This document shows, piece by piece, positions 1 through 7,507 of a stretch of DNA of 22,328 bases. The stretch lies in IMG/VR virus record IMGVR_UViG_3300028797_000105, one strand, 5' to 3'. Positions within the stretch are counted from its first letter, which is position 1. The number at the start of each line of letters is the position of its first letter. Origin of the DNA: an uncultured virus (IMG/VR IMGVR_UViG_3300028797_000105). Its lineage: Duplodnaviria; Heunggongvirae; Uroviricota; Caudoviricetes. A program made the position numbers and the translations under genes. Under the pieces are notes generated by a model. That model saw only the letters and a program-made list of their open reading frames with translations. It was not told where the DNA came from and searched no databases.

Positions 1-372
1 TCCGTTAAGGCCATTTACTATATGAACAACGCCGCACAAACACATTTCACTTGCTTCTGTAACAACAATATCTGATACGCTCAAACGCTCGTGCTTGTTT
101 AAGTTTTTGTAATCAGTAAGCCATTTGGAAAACTCCACCATAATTGGGGCGAATGTATCTTTTTTAGATAAATTGTTTCTGCCGTTTTCGTTTAGCCAGC
201 ACACACGACTTATGTTTGCCATAGGTTCTGCGCCAACAGCATTGAACAAATCATAATGGTTTTTCCTCGTAAAGTTGGATGATAATTCTTCAAACGCCTC
301 GTCCCTTGTGAGTACAGAATCAACACACCAAGAATCATTTTGCATATTTTTGTTTTTTATGTCTTCTGCCAT
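1..372 (-). CDS. Hypothetical protein, 3'-truncated by the window edge (MAEDIKNKNMQNDSW...)
   Basis: Manual translation: ATG at 372, open for 124 codons to base 1; starts 11 nt after the stop of 384..794. Not in the ORF track. Confidence 0.75.
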   Translation of the reverse strand, partial: MAEDIKNKNMQNDSWCVDSVLTRDEAFEELSSNFTRKNHYDLFNAVGAEPMANISRVCWLNENGRNNLSKKDTFAPIMVEFSKWLTDYKNLNKHERLSVSDIVVTEASEMCLCGVVHIVNGLNG

Positions 373-383
373 AATTTCATATT

Positions 384-794
384 TTATGATTCATCTTTTT
401 TGTTATATTTGTTGAATTTGAAGTGGTCATAAAATTCTGGCTGTTTCCAGTAATTTATTGATTTGACCAATTCATTAACATCGTGCATCATTGTGTCATA
501 ATCTTCAAACGCATCTTCCGAATATATGCCGATACAGAACTGTGGCGTTCTTTCAACATCTATTGTTTCAATAGTCACATCCCAAAGTGATTTTGCGGGC
601 AGATACCTTCTGTCCAGTGCCCTTGCAATAACTGCCATTGAATATGGGTTGTCTGTATAAAGATACACAACATACTTGCGTTTCAAATGGCCACAGCAAG
701 ATTCAAATGTTCTTACGTCTGGCAAGGTGTTGAGGGCATCGCACAATGGTATGCACTCCTTGTCCATAAAAATGTCGTACTTGATTTCTTCCAT
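384..794 (-). CDS. Hypothetical protein with TYW3-like N-terminal motif
   Basis: DKECIPLCDALNTLPDVRTFESCCGH resembles the D..I..L.D.IN....T.SSCSG motif of TYW3/Taw3 and related phage/bacterial proteins; motif-level similarity only. Confidence 0.5.
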   Translation of the reverse strand: MEEIKYDIFMDKECIPLCDALNTLPDVRTFESCCGHLKRKYVVYLYTDNPYSMAVIARALDRRYLPAKSLWDVTIETIDVERTPQFCIGIYSEDAFEDYDTMMHDVNELVKSINYWKQPEFYDHFKFNKYNKKDES

Positions 795-873
795 AAGATT
801 AAATTTTATTTATTAAAAAAGTGTTTTTTGTTGTTTTTTATTATTTGCTTTGTTTATTCGTTTCTCTGCAATG

Positions 874-1098
874 TCAAAGTATTTTTATATTTAGTTCAAC
901 TTCTACGGGTCCTGTTTCTGTTTTGATTTCAACAAACAAATTGTTTTTATAGTCTGCTAATGCAGCACCACGTTTTCCATCTTCGTCAATCCAATGATTA
1001 CATTCAATTCTAATAGGTTTTTTACGGAAAAACGTCAAAAAGCAACCCATTACTGGTTCTCTTACAAGCCAACCATTTATCTTTTCTTCGTTTGCCAT
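874..1098 (-). CDS. Small phage hypothetical protein
   Basis: 74 aa, ATG start; W.VR...KKPIR...W...LF.E....GPVEVEL pattern recalled from small Bacteroidota phage proteins. Confidence 0.7.
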   Translation of the reverse strand: MANEEKINGWLVREPVMGCFLTFFRKKPIRIECNHWIDEDGKRGAALADYKNNLFVEIKTETGPVEVELNIKIL

Positions 1099-1136
1099 AT
1101 TATAATATGTTTATTCATTAAATACAAATCACAAGA

Positions 1137-1168
1137 CTAAAATATAGTTCCGATTTCTAATAGTCAAA
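1137..1168 (-). promoter_or_regulatory. Possible Bacteroidota sigmaA-type promoter (one mismatch)
   Basis: Minus strand TTTG-N20-TATTTTAG versus consensus TTTG-N19-21-TAnnTTTG, in the intergenic gap upstream of 874..1098. Confidence 0.3.
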
Positions 1169-1218
1169 AACATTATTCTTTTGTTTCGTGATAATGTTCT
1201 ATGATTCCATACTCACCA

Positions 1219-1467
1219 CTAATTCCTTTTGATATTTTTGTCGTTTTTGGTAAATTCGTAATGACTTTTCATATATCTGTTAAACGCATCTTTACACAAC
1301 TTTTGCATTCTTGCCTCTTTTTCTTCTGGTGAGTAATATAGTGTCTTATATTTTTCATACAAATTTTTATAGAGGTTCACATCATCGCTTCTCAAATACC
1401 AGCCAAGAAGCAACCCAAGTCCAATGCAGGAAACAATAGTAATTATATCAAAAATTAAACTTTCCAT
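1219..1467 (-). CDS. Small membrane-anchored protein
   Basis: Likely start ATG 1467 (MESLIFDIITIVSCIGLGLLLGW), just after the upstream stop at 1475; single N-terminal hydrophobic helix. Confidence 0.7.
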   Translation of the reverse strand: MESLIFDIITIVSCIGLGLLLGWYLRSDDVNLYKNLYEKYKTLYYSPEEKEARMQKLCKDAFNRYMKSHYEFTKNDKNIKRN

Positions 1468-1474
1468 ATCCAAT

Positions 1475-1795
1475 TTATTGTTTATCGTACTTTGTTTTGT
1501 TATCTCTATTTTTTCCAATATGGTAGCCGTCACAAAACAGACATTTATAATATGAGAAATGCGTGTTGTGCTTCTTCCCCATTTTTTCAGCAGATTTACA
1601 AGCGGTCTTGACCGTGTTATATGTTACCTTTGGCTGTCCAGTATGCTGGTTGATATGTGAGTTCAACGAAAACGCACCCCAAGCGTTACCAGTTATAAAA
1701 AAGTTTCTTATAACTCGTTTGCGCTTAACTTGGTCGCCAAACCAAATCTTAAAGTTTCTCCATTTAATCTTATCCAAATTTAACAGCATAATCAC
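1475..1795 (-). CDS. Basic protein with C-terminal CxxC..H zinc-binding motif
   Basis: YYKCLFCDGYHIG motif preceded by a K.TY.T...A...A helix; ATGA overlap with the upstream gene. Confidence 0.75.
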   Translation of the reverse strand: MIMLLNLDKIKWRNFKIWFGDQVKRKRVIRNFFITGNAWGAFSLNSHINQHTGQPKVTYNTVKTACKSAEKMGKKHNTHFSYYKCLFCDGYHIGKNRDNKTKYDKQ

Positions 1796-1992
1796 TCAAT
1801 TTCATTTATCTGCTTTCGCAGGTTATACTTCACCCATTTCATTTCCAGTTTTGCACCAACATCCATAGGTAGTGTTGGCTCGTGTTTGATTGCATCAATA
1901 AGGGCATCTATACATCTTGTCGCCAGCATTAGTCCGCAACCAGTTTCATCACGCAGATATTTGGCAAATTCAAGTTTTCTATTAGTATCCAT
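1792..1992 (-). CDS. Small protein with ribosomal protein bL12 (L7/L12) C-terminal-like motif
   Basis: Likely start ATG 1992; KLEFAKYLRDETGCGLMLATRCIDAL resembles the bL12 CTD pattern K...IK.VRE.TGLGLKEAK..V(D/E); also resembles the EF-Ts N-terminal KELR..TG.G.M. Confidence 0.5.
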   Translation of the reverse strand: MDTNRKLEFAKYLRDETGCGLMLATRCIDALIDAIKHEPTLPMDVGAKLEMKWVKYNLRKQINEIE

Positions 1993-1993
1993 A

Positions 1994-2311
1994 TCAATCA
2001 ATTTTGACAATGTTTTCAAGCAAATCGCTTTCTTCCACAACATAATCCCCGTCATAGTCCAAACACGAAACATCAAACGGATTTTCACAAGACATAATCT
2101 GTTCACACATTTTTCTTTTCAGCTCTTCAATGCGTTCTTTCGTAAAGTATTTTTGTTTTACAAATTCTTCGGCATTATTCAATGTCGATTCCGCATTTGC
2201 ATACTTAACATTGCCCAAGAAATCAATGTTTGAATATATCGGAACTTCAATCACATTATTGCTCAAATAAACAGAAAATGTGAACACGTGCTTGCAATTA
2301 ACTTTTGCCAT
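1994..2311 (-). CDS. Hypothetical protein
   Basis: 105-aa ORF, ATG start, tight packing, preceded by the 13-bp motif. Confidence 0.75.
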   Translation of the reverse strand: MAKVNCKHVFTFSVYLSNNVIEVPIYSNIDFLGNVKYANAESTLNNAEEFVKQKYFTKERIEELKRKMCEQIMSCENPFDVSCLDYDGDYVVEESDLLENIVKID

Positions 2312-2327
2312 ATTTGATATTTTCTAT

Positions 2328-2340
2328 AATATAATAAAAA
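2328..2340 (-). promoter_or_regulatory. Recurrent upstream motif TTTTTATTATATT (copy 1), candidate phage promoter
   Basis: Identical 13-mer at 14623..14635 and 21138..21150; each copy is intergenic, 16-31 nt upstream of a minus-strand ATG. Confidence 0.55.
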
Positions 2341-2356
2341 TTCGTTGTTTATGCGG

Positions 2357-2806
2357 TTATTTTTCTGATTTTTCTTTTTCTTCTTTTATTTTTGCAATGA
2401 CAATCTTTGCACTTTGTCTTATTGCGTCCGTGCAAGCATCTTCAAATGTGTCGCAAACATTAAGTTCCTTGCATTCAAGTTCGTGCCCGATTTCTGGAAT
2501 TGTGTATATCTCTGGCAAATATCTCACGCAATTGCCTTTTTTAGCGAAATATTCAATGTCATACGGCAGCAGACATATATGTATGTTGTGTTCGTTTCTA
2601 AACCACTCCATAACAGTATGCAGCATAGGTGCGGCGAAATGGTTGGCAAACGGTGCGGTAGTGAGTTCGCCGTCATAATTGTATTTCCAGCCAGAATAGC
2701 CATCTTCCTTTTTACATTGCGGATAGCCAGCATACTTCAGCAATGCTGCCGTTTCAAAATCAACACGATTTGTATTCATATCATTAAGTGTTACTTTCAC
2801 CTTCAT
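2357..2806 (-). CDS. Paralog family A protein
   Basis: VDFETAALLKYAGY...AAPMLHTVMEWFRNEHNIHI...TFEDACTDAI matches the family A consensus seen in six other genes here. Confidence 0.85.
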   Translation of the reverse strand: MKVKVTLNDMNTNRVDFETAALLKYAGYPQCKKEDGYSGWKYNYDGELTTAPFANHFAAPMLHTVMEWFRNEHNIHICLLPYDIEYFAKKGNCVRYLPEIYTIPEIGHELECKELNVCDTFEDACTDAIRQSAKIVIAKIKEEKEKSEK

Positions 2807-3251
2807 ATTTTTTCTTCAAACGCAGGTATTCCTCATACTCACGCTTTTCCGCAAGTGCTTTTTTGTTGTTTGCAAGGTCAATGACTTCTTGTTCATCAAT
2901 CGTCCATATACCAAGGTCTTTCAATATCTGTATCCATCTGTCAAAACGTAAAACGCCTTTGCTGTCCATCCACATATGACAACTAAAATCACCACCGTTT
3001 ATGGTTTCTGGGTCTGTTATATAACAATGGTTTACCAGTTGCGGCTCACCCTCATCACATTCGTCAATGGCAAAACTATAATCAGCACCAAGTGCAATAT
3101 ATGTCTTGTCAGTGAACATTATGACAAATATATTAGAGTCACAATCGCCAACATCGGAGAATGCGACCTTATCAACAACCTTTCCTTTCAGCTCATCATA
3201 TTTTGTGCTGTTAGACATATGAATTTGCTTGTAACCTTCAGTGAGTTTCAT
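2784..3251 (-). CDS. Hypothetical protein
   Basis: 155-aa ORF, ATG start, C-terminal charged helix (EKREYEEYLRLKKKYE). Confidence 0.8.
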   Translation of the reverse strand: MKLTEGYKQIHMSNSTKYDELKGKVVDKVAFSDVGDCDSNIFVIMFTDKTYIALGADYSFAIDECDEGEPQLVNHCYITDPETINGGDFSCHMWMDSKGVLRFDRWIQILKDLGIWTIDEQEVIDLANNKKALAEKREYEEYLRLKKKYEGESNT

Positions 3252-3300
3252 AATTCAAATCTTATTTTTATTGTTTCAACTGATTTTCGTTTTGTTTTTT
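3245..3300. repeat. 56-bp direct repeat, copy A
   Basis: 54/56 identical to 3638..3693 (manual alignment); includes the ATG of 2784..3251. Confidence 0.92.
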
Positions 3301-3644
3301 GTTTTCGGTGTTTCCCTTTTACCGAAACGGTTCTTGATTACAATACCGTTTTTGATAATGACCATAGGGAAAGCCATAGCGGATAACTCACGGTGTTCCT
3401 CTTCTGCCAATTTATACTCTTTTGCGATATTTTGCGCATACAATGTGTCAGAATGATACATACAGTTATCGACAACAATGTTGTCGAATTGTCCCATATA
3501 TTCATCGAATGGTGTCTCCATATCGGGAGAAAGTCTCAAACTGTATATTTTTTCACGAACCTCGTCTGGAAGTTCGGACAAGTTTTTGAATTTTGTAGTT
3601 CCTTTTGTCATAACATTATCCAATGTTTCCATATTGGGTTTCAT
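3276..3644 (-). CDS. Hypothetical protein bracketed by 56-bp direct repeats
   Basis: 122-aa ORF; starts inside repeat copy B and ends inside copy A. Confidence 0.75.
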   Translation of the reverse strand: MKPNMETLDNVMTKGTTKFKNLSELPDEVREKIYSLRLSPDMETPFDEYMGQFDNIVVDNCMYHSDTLYAQNIAKEYKLAEEEHRELSAMAFPMVIIKNGIVIKNRFGKRETPKTKNKTKIS

Positions 3645-3693
3645 AATTCAAGTCTTATTTTTATTGTTTCAACTAATTTTCGTTTTGTTTTTT
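3638..3693. repeat. 56-bp direct repeat, copy B
   Basis: 54/56 identical to 3245..3300; encodes the C-terminus of 3641..3895 and the ATG of 3276..3644. Confidence 0.92.
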
Positions 3694-3895
3694 CTCTGTC
3701 AAAACACATATCGCCAAGCATAAAGTTTCTGTCTTCAAGTGATATGGTTTCCAGAACATTCTCTTTTTTGTATGAATCCTCAAACCTAATGCAGCCAGAT
3801 TTCAAAATATCTGCGTGGTCAATCCATCCGAAAAGCACACCTAATCCGATGCAACCGAGCATCACTAAAATTATTACAATGAATCCGTCTATCAT
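3641..3895 (-). CDS. Small membrane-anchored protein
   Basis: N-terminal helix FIVIILVMLGCIGLGVLFGW; ATGA overlap with the next gene. Confidence 0.75.
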   Translation of the reverse strand: MIDGFIVIILVMLGCIGLGVLFGWIDHADILKSGCIRFEDSYKKENVLETISLEDRNFMLGDMCFDREKTKRKLVETIKIRLEL

Positions 3896-3990
3896 AATTG
3901 TTATGTTTTACAATATCAACATTAAAATAGGTATAGCAAGACTTGCCAATGCAGTCAATAAAATTCTTGCCATCTCAATTGCTTATCGTT

Positions 3991-4194
3991 TTATTTCAAA
4001 TTAACATAATATTCTTCATTTCCACAATTCGGACACATATACCACTTTCCATCCATATCACTATGTGTAAATTTTGTTAGACTACCACATCTTTTACATC
4101 TTCTGTCTTTGTTTGTCATAAATTCAAATATAGCACCGAATAATATACATCCAGTAAATATAACAAAAAGAATTAAAATAACATAAAGAATCAT
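3991..4194 (-). CDS. Small protein: TM helix plus zinc ribbon
   Basis: Hydrophobic N-terminus followed by CKRC...CPNC. Confidence 0.75.
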   Translation of the reverse strand: MILYVILILFVIFTGCILFGAIFEFMTNKDRRCKRCGSLTKFTHSDMDGKWYMCPNCGNEEYYVNLK

Positions 4195-4204
4195 ATCACC
4201 TATT

Positions 4205-4297
4205 TTATTTTTTATTTTTTTCTTTGAATGTTAGTGTGGACACAATGAGATAAATCATAGCAACGCCGAAAACTATACCGAATAATACTGGATTCAT
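4205..4297 (-). CDS. 30-aa single-TM peptide (MNPVLFGIVFGVAMIYLIVSTLTFKEKNKK)
   Basis: Manual translation; fills the gap between 4317 and 4194; hydrophobic core with a basic tail. Not in the ORF track. Confidence 0.6.
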   Translation of the reverse strand: MNPVLFGIVFGVAMIYLIVSTLTFKEKNKK

Positions 4298-4316
4298 CTT
4301 ATTTCGTTTTTTTTTG

Positions 4317-4655
4317 TTATTTAATATCTTTGTCTGTTTTGGTTTTTGAATATGAATTGATAATTTTTGAATATGCGTTTAGCTTTTCCCATAATTTCGA
4401 GCGTCTGCATAATTCTTGAGACTTTATGTCGTACCACGGAATTAGTTTGTCCATCGGTTCAACAATGGCAACAAACATACCAATAAAATTCATTACTGGT
4501 ACAAATGAAAGTAAAAGTCTGAAAATAAACCCAATATTTGTATATATCCGTTGATTATTTAGTTCGTACTTTGTCAAGTAATTGTATATGACAACAAACA
4601 AAGATAAAACAGCGATAATTACATAACTTAAAAATAGTATTTCCAAATTTGTCAT
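4317..4655 (-). CDS. Membrane protein (two hydrophobic segments)
   Basis: ILFLSYVIIAVLSLFVVIY and FIFRLLLSFVPVMNFIGMFVAIV. Confidence 0.75.
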   Translation of the reverse strand: MTNLEILFLSYVIIAVLSLFVVIYNYLTKYELNNQRIYTNIGFIFRLLLSFVPVMNFIGMFVAIVEPMDKLIPWYDIKSQELCRRSKLWEKLNAYSKIINSYSKTKTDKDIK

Positions 4656-4772
4656 AATTTTTATGTTTTAGTTACTTTACTTTATTTTCTTATAAACACG
4701 TTTTTTAGCCAAATCTCTGCTTTGCACTTGACGCAACCTTTTTCACGATTGATGCAATACGGACAATATCCA

Positions 4773-4961
4773 TTATCCTTGAGTGTTCAATCCGATAGAA
4801 TTATTTTCAGTATGCACTTGGCATTCTTTTAAATCAACCATATCGCAATCTCCTTCATCGTTTTCAATCCACATTTCAAAATTTTCGTTCTCGCTGTGGT
4901 TTTCAAGTTCAGAAAGAATACGTACAAGTTCCTTTTTTGCGTCTTTAACTGTCTGCACCAT
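4773..4961 (-). CDS. Small acidic hypothetical protein
   Basis: 62-aa ORF, ATG 2 nt after the upstream stop. Confidence 0.65.
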   Translation of the reverse strand: MVQTVKDAKKELVRILSELENHSENENFEMWIENDEGDCDMVDLKECQVHTENNSIGLNTQG

Positions 4962-4963
4962 AA

Positions 4964-5122
4964 TTAGTCTTTTCTAACTCTGAAATACAATTTTCCAAAC
5001 AAATGGATTCTTCCGTGGTTTTTGGGGTCATAATCCTCGTGCGGAAACCACCACAGCCACCATTCAAATCTCCATAGCGACCGATATTCGCCAGTTATAA
5101 TGTCATAGATTGGTATTCTCAT
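4964..5122 (-). CDS. 52-aa Trp-rich hypothetical protein (MRIPIYDIITGEYRSLWRFEWWLWWFPHED...)
   Basis: Manual translation; fills the gap between 5130 and 4961. Not in the ORF track. Confidence 0.65.
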   Translation of the reverse strand: MRIPIYDIITGEYRSLWRFEWWLWWFPHEDYDPKNHGRIHLFGKLYFRVRKD

Positions 5123-5129
5123 ATTATTA

Positions 5130-5627
5130 TTATTTAAATGATTTCATATCAATTCCTTTGTCAATGAAGTTTTTAATCTCTTGCGGTGTCAAGTCCATAC
5201 GCTCATAGTCGTGTGTGTAGTCGTTTCTGCGGTTTCTGTCCAAACCAGCACCAAACACATTACCATATTTTACCATATCCACATACATAGGGATTTTTGT
5301 CGTAGTGTCCTCTTGAATCACACAATCGATAAATGCAACATCGTGCTTGATAACACACACATCATATTTGTATTTGTCGCTATATTCGTAGCAGAAATGT
5401 TTGATTACATTTTCGTTTGGCTTTACTTCAACCCATTCTTCATTTGACGGACGGGATTGCAAAAAGCCGTTAAGGTGTTTCATTGCATTGTCTTTGCTTT
5501 TGAAGAAATATTTGTTCTTCGGCTTTTTATGATAAACAATATCATAAACACTTGAATTGAATGAACGGTATTCTTTTTCTGTTAAAACAAGTTCAACCGT
5601 ATAATAGCACAACTTTACTTTTTCCAT
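5130..5627 (-). CDS. Hypothetical protein
   Basis: Likely start ATG 5627 (MEKVKLCYY), which avoids overlap with the upstream gene. Confidence 0.75.
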   Translation of the reverse strand: MEKVKLCYYTVELVLTEKEYRSFNSSVYDIVYHKKPKNKYFFKSKDNAMKHLNGFLQSRPSNEEWVEVKPNENVIKHFCYEYSDKYKYDVCVIKHDVAFIDCVIQEDTTTKIPMYVDMVKYGNVFGAGLDRNRRNDYTHDYERMDLTPQEIKNFIDKGIDMKSFK

Positions 5628-5646
5628 TATAATGCGATTATATTTG

Positions 5647-6054
5647 TTAAAGGATATTGATGTATGAAAAACCATACATTCTTTGTGTTTCGGTTATACG
5701 AACTTTTGTGGCCTTTCCATAAACATCTGTCAAAGTCTTTTCAAGTGAATCTATAAGATAACCCATTTTTCCAATCAGCATTCCAGGCCTCGTCAACCAC
5801 ACCTGCATAGTAATTACGTATTCATCCTCGGTAAAACAGATGCCAACGAGTTCCAACTTGCGTTCATAGTTAATTCCGTATATTTTAGTCAGAACATAAT
5901 GGGCGGCTCGCATAGGATTAAGCCTTCCGTATGTTTTTGGTCCGCAATCAAGAAACCGCCTCTCGTAATTGTTTTCAAGAACAAAAGCTACATTTGACAT
6001 TTGCTTCACTTTATACTTGGCATAAAGCATTTTCAATTTTTCAATCAGTTTCAT
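5647..6054 (-). CDS. Protein with ribosomal protein uS3-like type II KH domain (no uS3 C-terminal domain)
   Basis: ITMQVWLTRPGMLIGKMGYLIDSLEKTLTDVYGKATKVRITET closely follows the uS3 KH signature (A/T)RPG.(V/L)IGK.G..(I/V)..L...L....G..V.I.I.E; likely start ATG 6054. Confidence 0.75.
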   Translation of the reverse strand: MKLIEKLKMLYAKYKVKQMSNVAFVLENNYERRFLDCGPKTYGRLNPMRAAHYVLTKIYGINYERKLELVGICFTEDEYVITMQVWLTRPGMLIGKMGYLIDSLEKTLTDVYGKATKVRITETQRMYGFSYINIL

Positions 6055-6496
6055 TTTTTTCCTTTTTATAATTTTCAATAACTGGCACTAATGCCTTTTC
6101 AACAAGTTTGTCGGCGTGCTTCCGCCAAAAATGGGTGAACACGACAGTATCGTCTTTGCAGTTAGGAATACCGTCCTTTTTCAATATGGCTACCCTAATC
6201 TTCTCGTCTGTTTGAATTTCGTTTTTATACAGCAGACAGATTAAGTCGCTTTCTGGTATATGGACATACGCCCACCACTTTTCACCCAATCCTACAAATT
6301 CTTCGTATGTCCCGCATTCTTTTGGTCTGGCATAAAGGTCGGATTTGTATGCTTTTTTCCAAGCACGGTACGCTTTCCTTTCCCATAGCCAAGGACACTT
6401 GTAATAATGTTCCTCACTTCCGAGAATACCAATCAGATATGCGACACCGAGAACAAGCCAGATGACGCAAAAGATTGCTGTCGTTGATGTGTCCAT
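6041..6496 (-). CDS. Membrane-anchored hypothetical protein
   Basis: N-terminal helix AIFCVIWLVLGVAYLIGIL; 151 aa. Confidence 0.8.
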   Translation of the reverse strand: MDTSTTAIFCVIWLVLGVAYLIGILGSEEHYYKCPWLWERKAYRAWKKAYKSDLYARPKECGTYEEFVGLGEKWWAYVHIPESDLICLLYKNEIQTDEKIRVAILKKDGIPNCKDDTVVFTHFWRKHADKLVEKALVPVIENYKKEKNETD

Positions 6497-6502
6497 AGTC
6501 CG

Positions 6503-6706
6503 CTATTTGTCTGTGTACCAATGAATGTCCGTTGTGTCAAGGAGAACATCGTCATCATAGACTCTATCCTCGTGCGCATTGACCAACGCATCCTTTTCTG
6601 AATGATAAATCGTGTGTCCCACATACACTTCACGGTCTGCGGTCATAAACACATTAACATAACCGTTGTAACGGTCGCCTTCTTTTTCTTGCATTAAAAT
6701 TGCCAT
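6503..6706 (-). CDS. Small hypothetical protein, first gene after the promoter cassette
   Basis: 67 aa; ATG 22 nt downstream of the 72-bp cassette. Confidence 0.75.
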   Translation of the reverse strand: MAILMQEKEGDRYNGYVNVFMTADREVYVGHTIYHSEKDALVNAHEDRVYDDDVLLDTTDIHWYTDK

Positions 6707-6728
6707 AGCTTTATTGTTTTAAGTTTAT

Positions 6729-6800
6729 GCCGCAAAAATACTACATTATTTTTTATTGTCAACACCTTTTTCCAAAAAGTTATCAACAAAGTTATCAACA
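6729..6800 (-). promoter_or_regulatory. 72-bp promoter cassette, copy 1: Bacteroidota sigmaA promoter plus tandem TGTTGATAACTT
   Basis: Minus strand TGTTG-N19-TATTTTTG (TAnnTTTG); two 12-bp tandem repeats upstream; 57/72 identical, ungapped, to 14085..14156. Confidence 0.8.
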
Positions 6801-7505
6801 CTACATCTTTCGGAACGAGGTCTTTCTGTCAAAGCCGTAAGAATCTATTTTCTGCAAATCCGTGCGATTATCAATGACTTCTGGCTCTCTCATAGCAAGC
6901 TGATAGTTATACAACGCATAGTAGGCATCCTGCGGAGAGATGTGTTTGGGTATGAATGTGTCTTTGAGTATCAAGTCCGTATATGTGTGTTCCTCTGCGG
7001 CTTTTCTGTTATTGTAATAATAGTTCACTGCAAGTTTTTTGTTGTAACTTGCTTCGGTCAGCATATATGGCCGATACAATAATATCGGGTTTGGGAGAAT
7101 TTTATCATTTGCTGATATGTTGCAATCAATAATACCGATGACATTTATTACAATCTTTCCGCTTTCGTATGATTTATAACGCTCAACGCAGAATATCCAT
7201 CTGCGGAATCCGAGTTCAACAACAAGACATCCAACACTGCCTAATGGTTTTCCTATGAATTTTTTATAATCAACAAAAAACGGAAATTGCCATCTGTATC
7301 TGCCGTCATATATCTGCGGATAAGAATCATTAATGTCTGGGCTTGGTATATCATTAAAAAACCAACGCAACGGCGAGAGAGGATTTTTTCTCAAATAGTA
7401 TTCTATTGTGTTATATTTTCTGCGGTCTAACACAACATCCTTGTCGATACCAAACTGGCCGACAACATAATCGTAGAAGTCTTTTCTGTTGTCTATAATT
7501 TTCAT
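6801..7505 (-). CDS. Conserved phage hypothetical protein
   Basis: 234 aa; termini MKII...KD(F/Y)YD and GFD.KTSFR recalled as a recurring phage family of unknown function. Confidence 0.8.
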   Translation of the reverse strand: MKIIDNRKDFYDYVVGQFGIDKDVVLDRRKYNTIEYYLRKNPLSPLRWFFNDIPSPDINDSYPQIYDGRYRWQFPFFVDYKKFIGKPLGSVGCLVVELGFRRWIFCVERYKSYESGKIVINVIGIIDCNISANDKILPNPILLYRPYMLTEASYNKKLAVNYYYNNRKAAEEHTYTDLILKDTFIPKHISPQDAYYALYNYQLAMREPEVIDNRTDLQKIDSYGFDRKTSFRKM

Positions 7506-7507
7506 TT

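Noticed and set aside
821..848. Inverted partial copy of the AT-rich motif (TTGTTTTTTATTAT) as an antisense promoter
   Set aside because: It lies in a low-complexity T-rich tract and lacks the final ATT of the motif; a chance match is likely.
6776..6800. Tandem TTATCAACA boxes as a replication origin, iterons or CRISPR repeats
   Set aside because: Only two units per locus, no spacers, present at two loci and at a fixed distance from a promoter, which fits an operator better.
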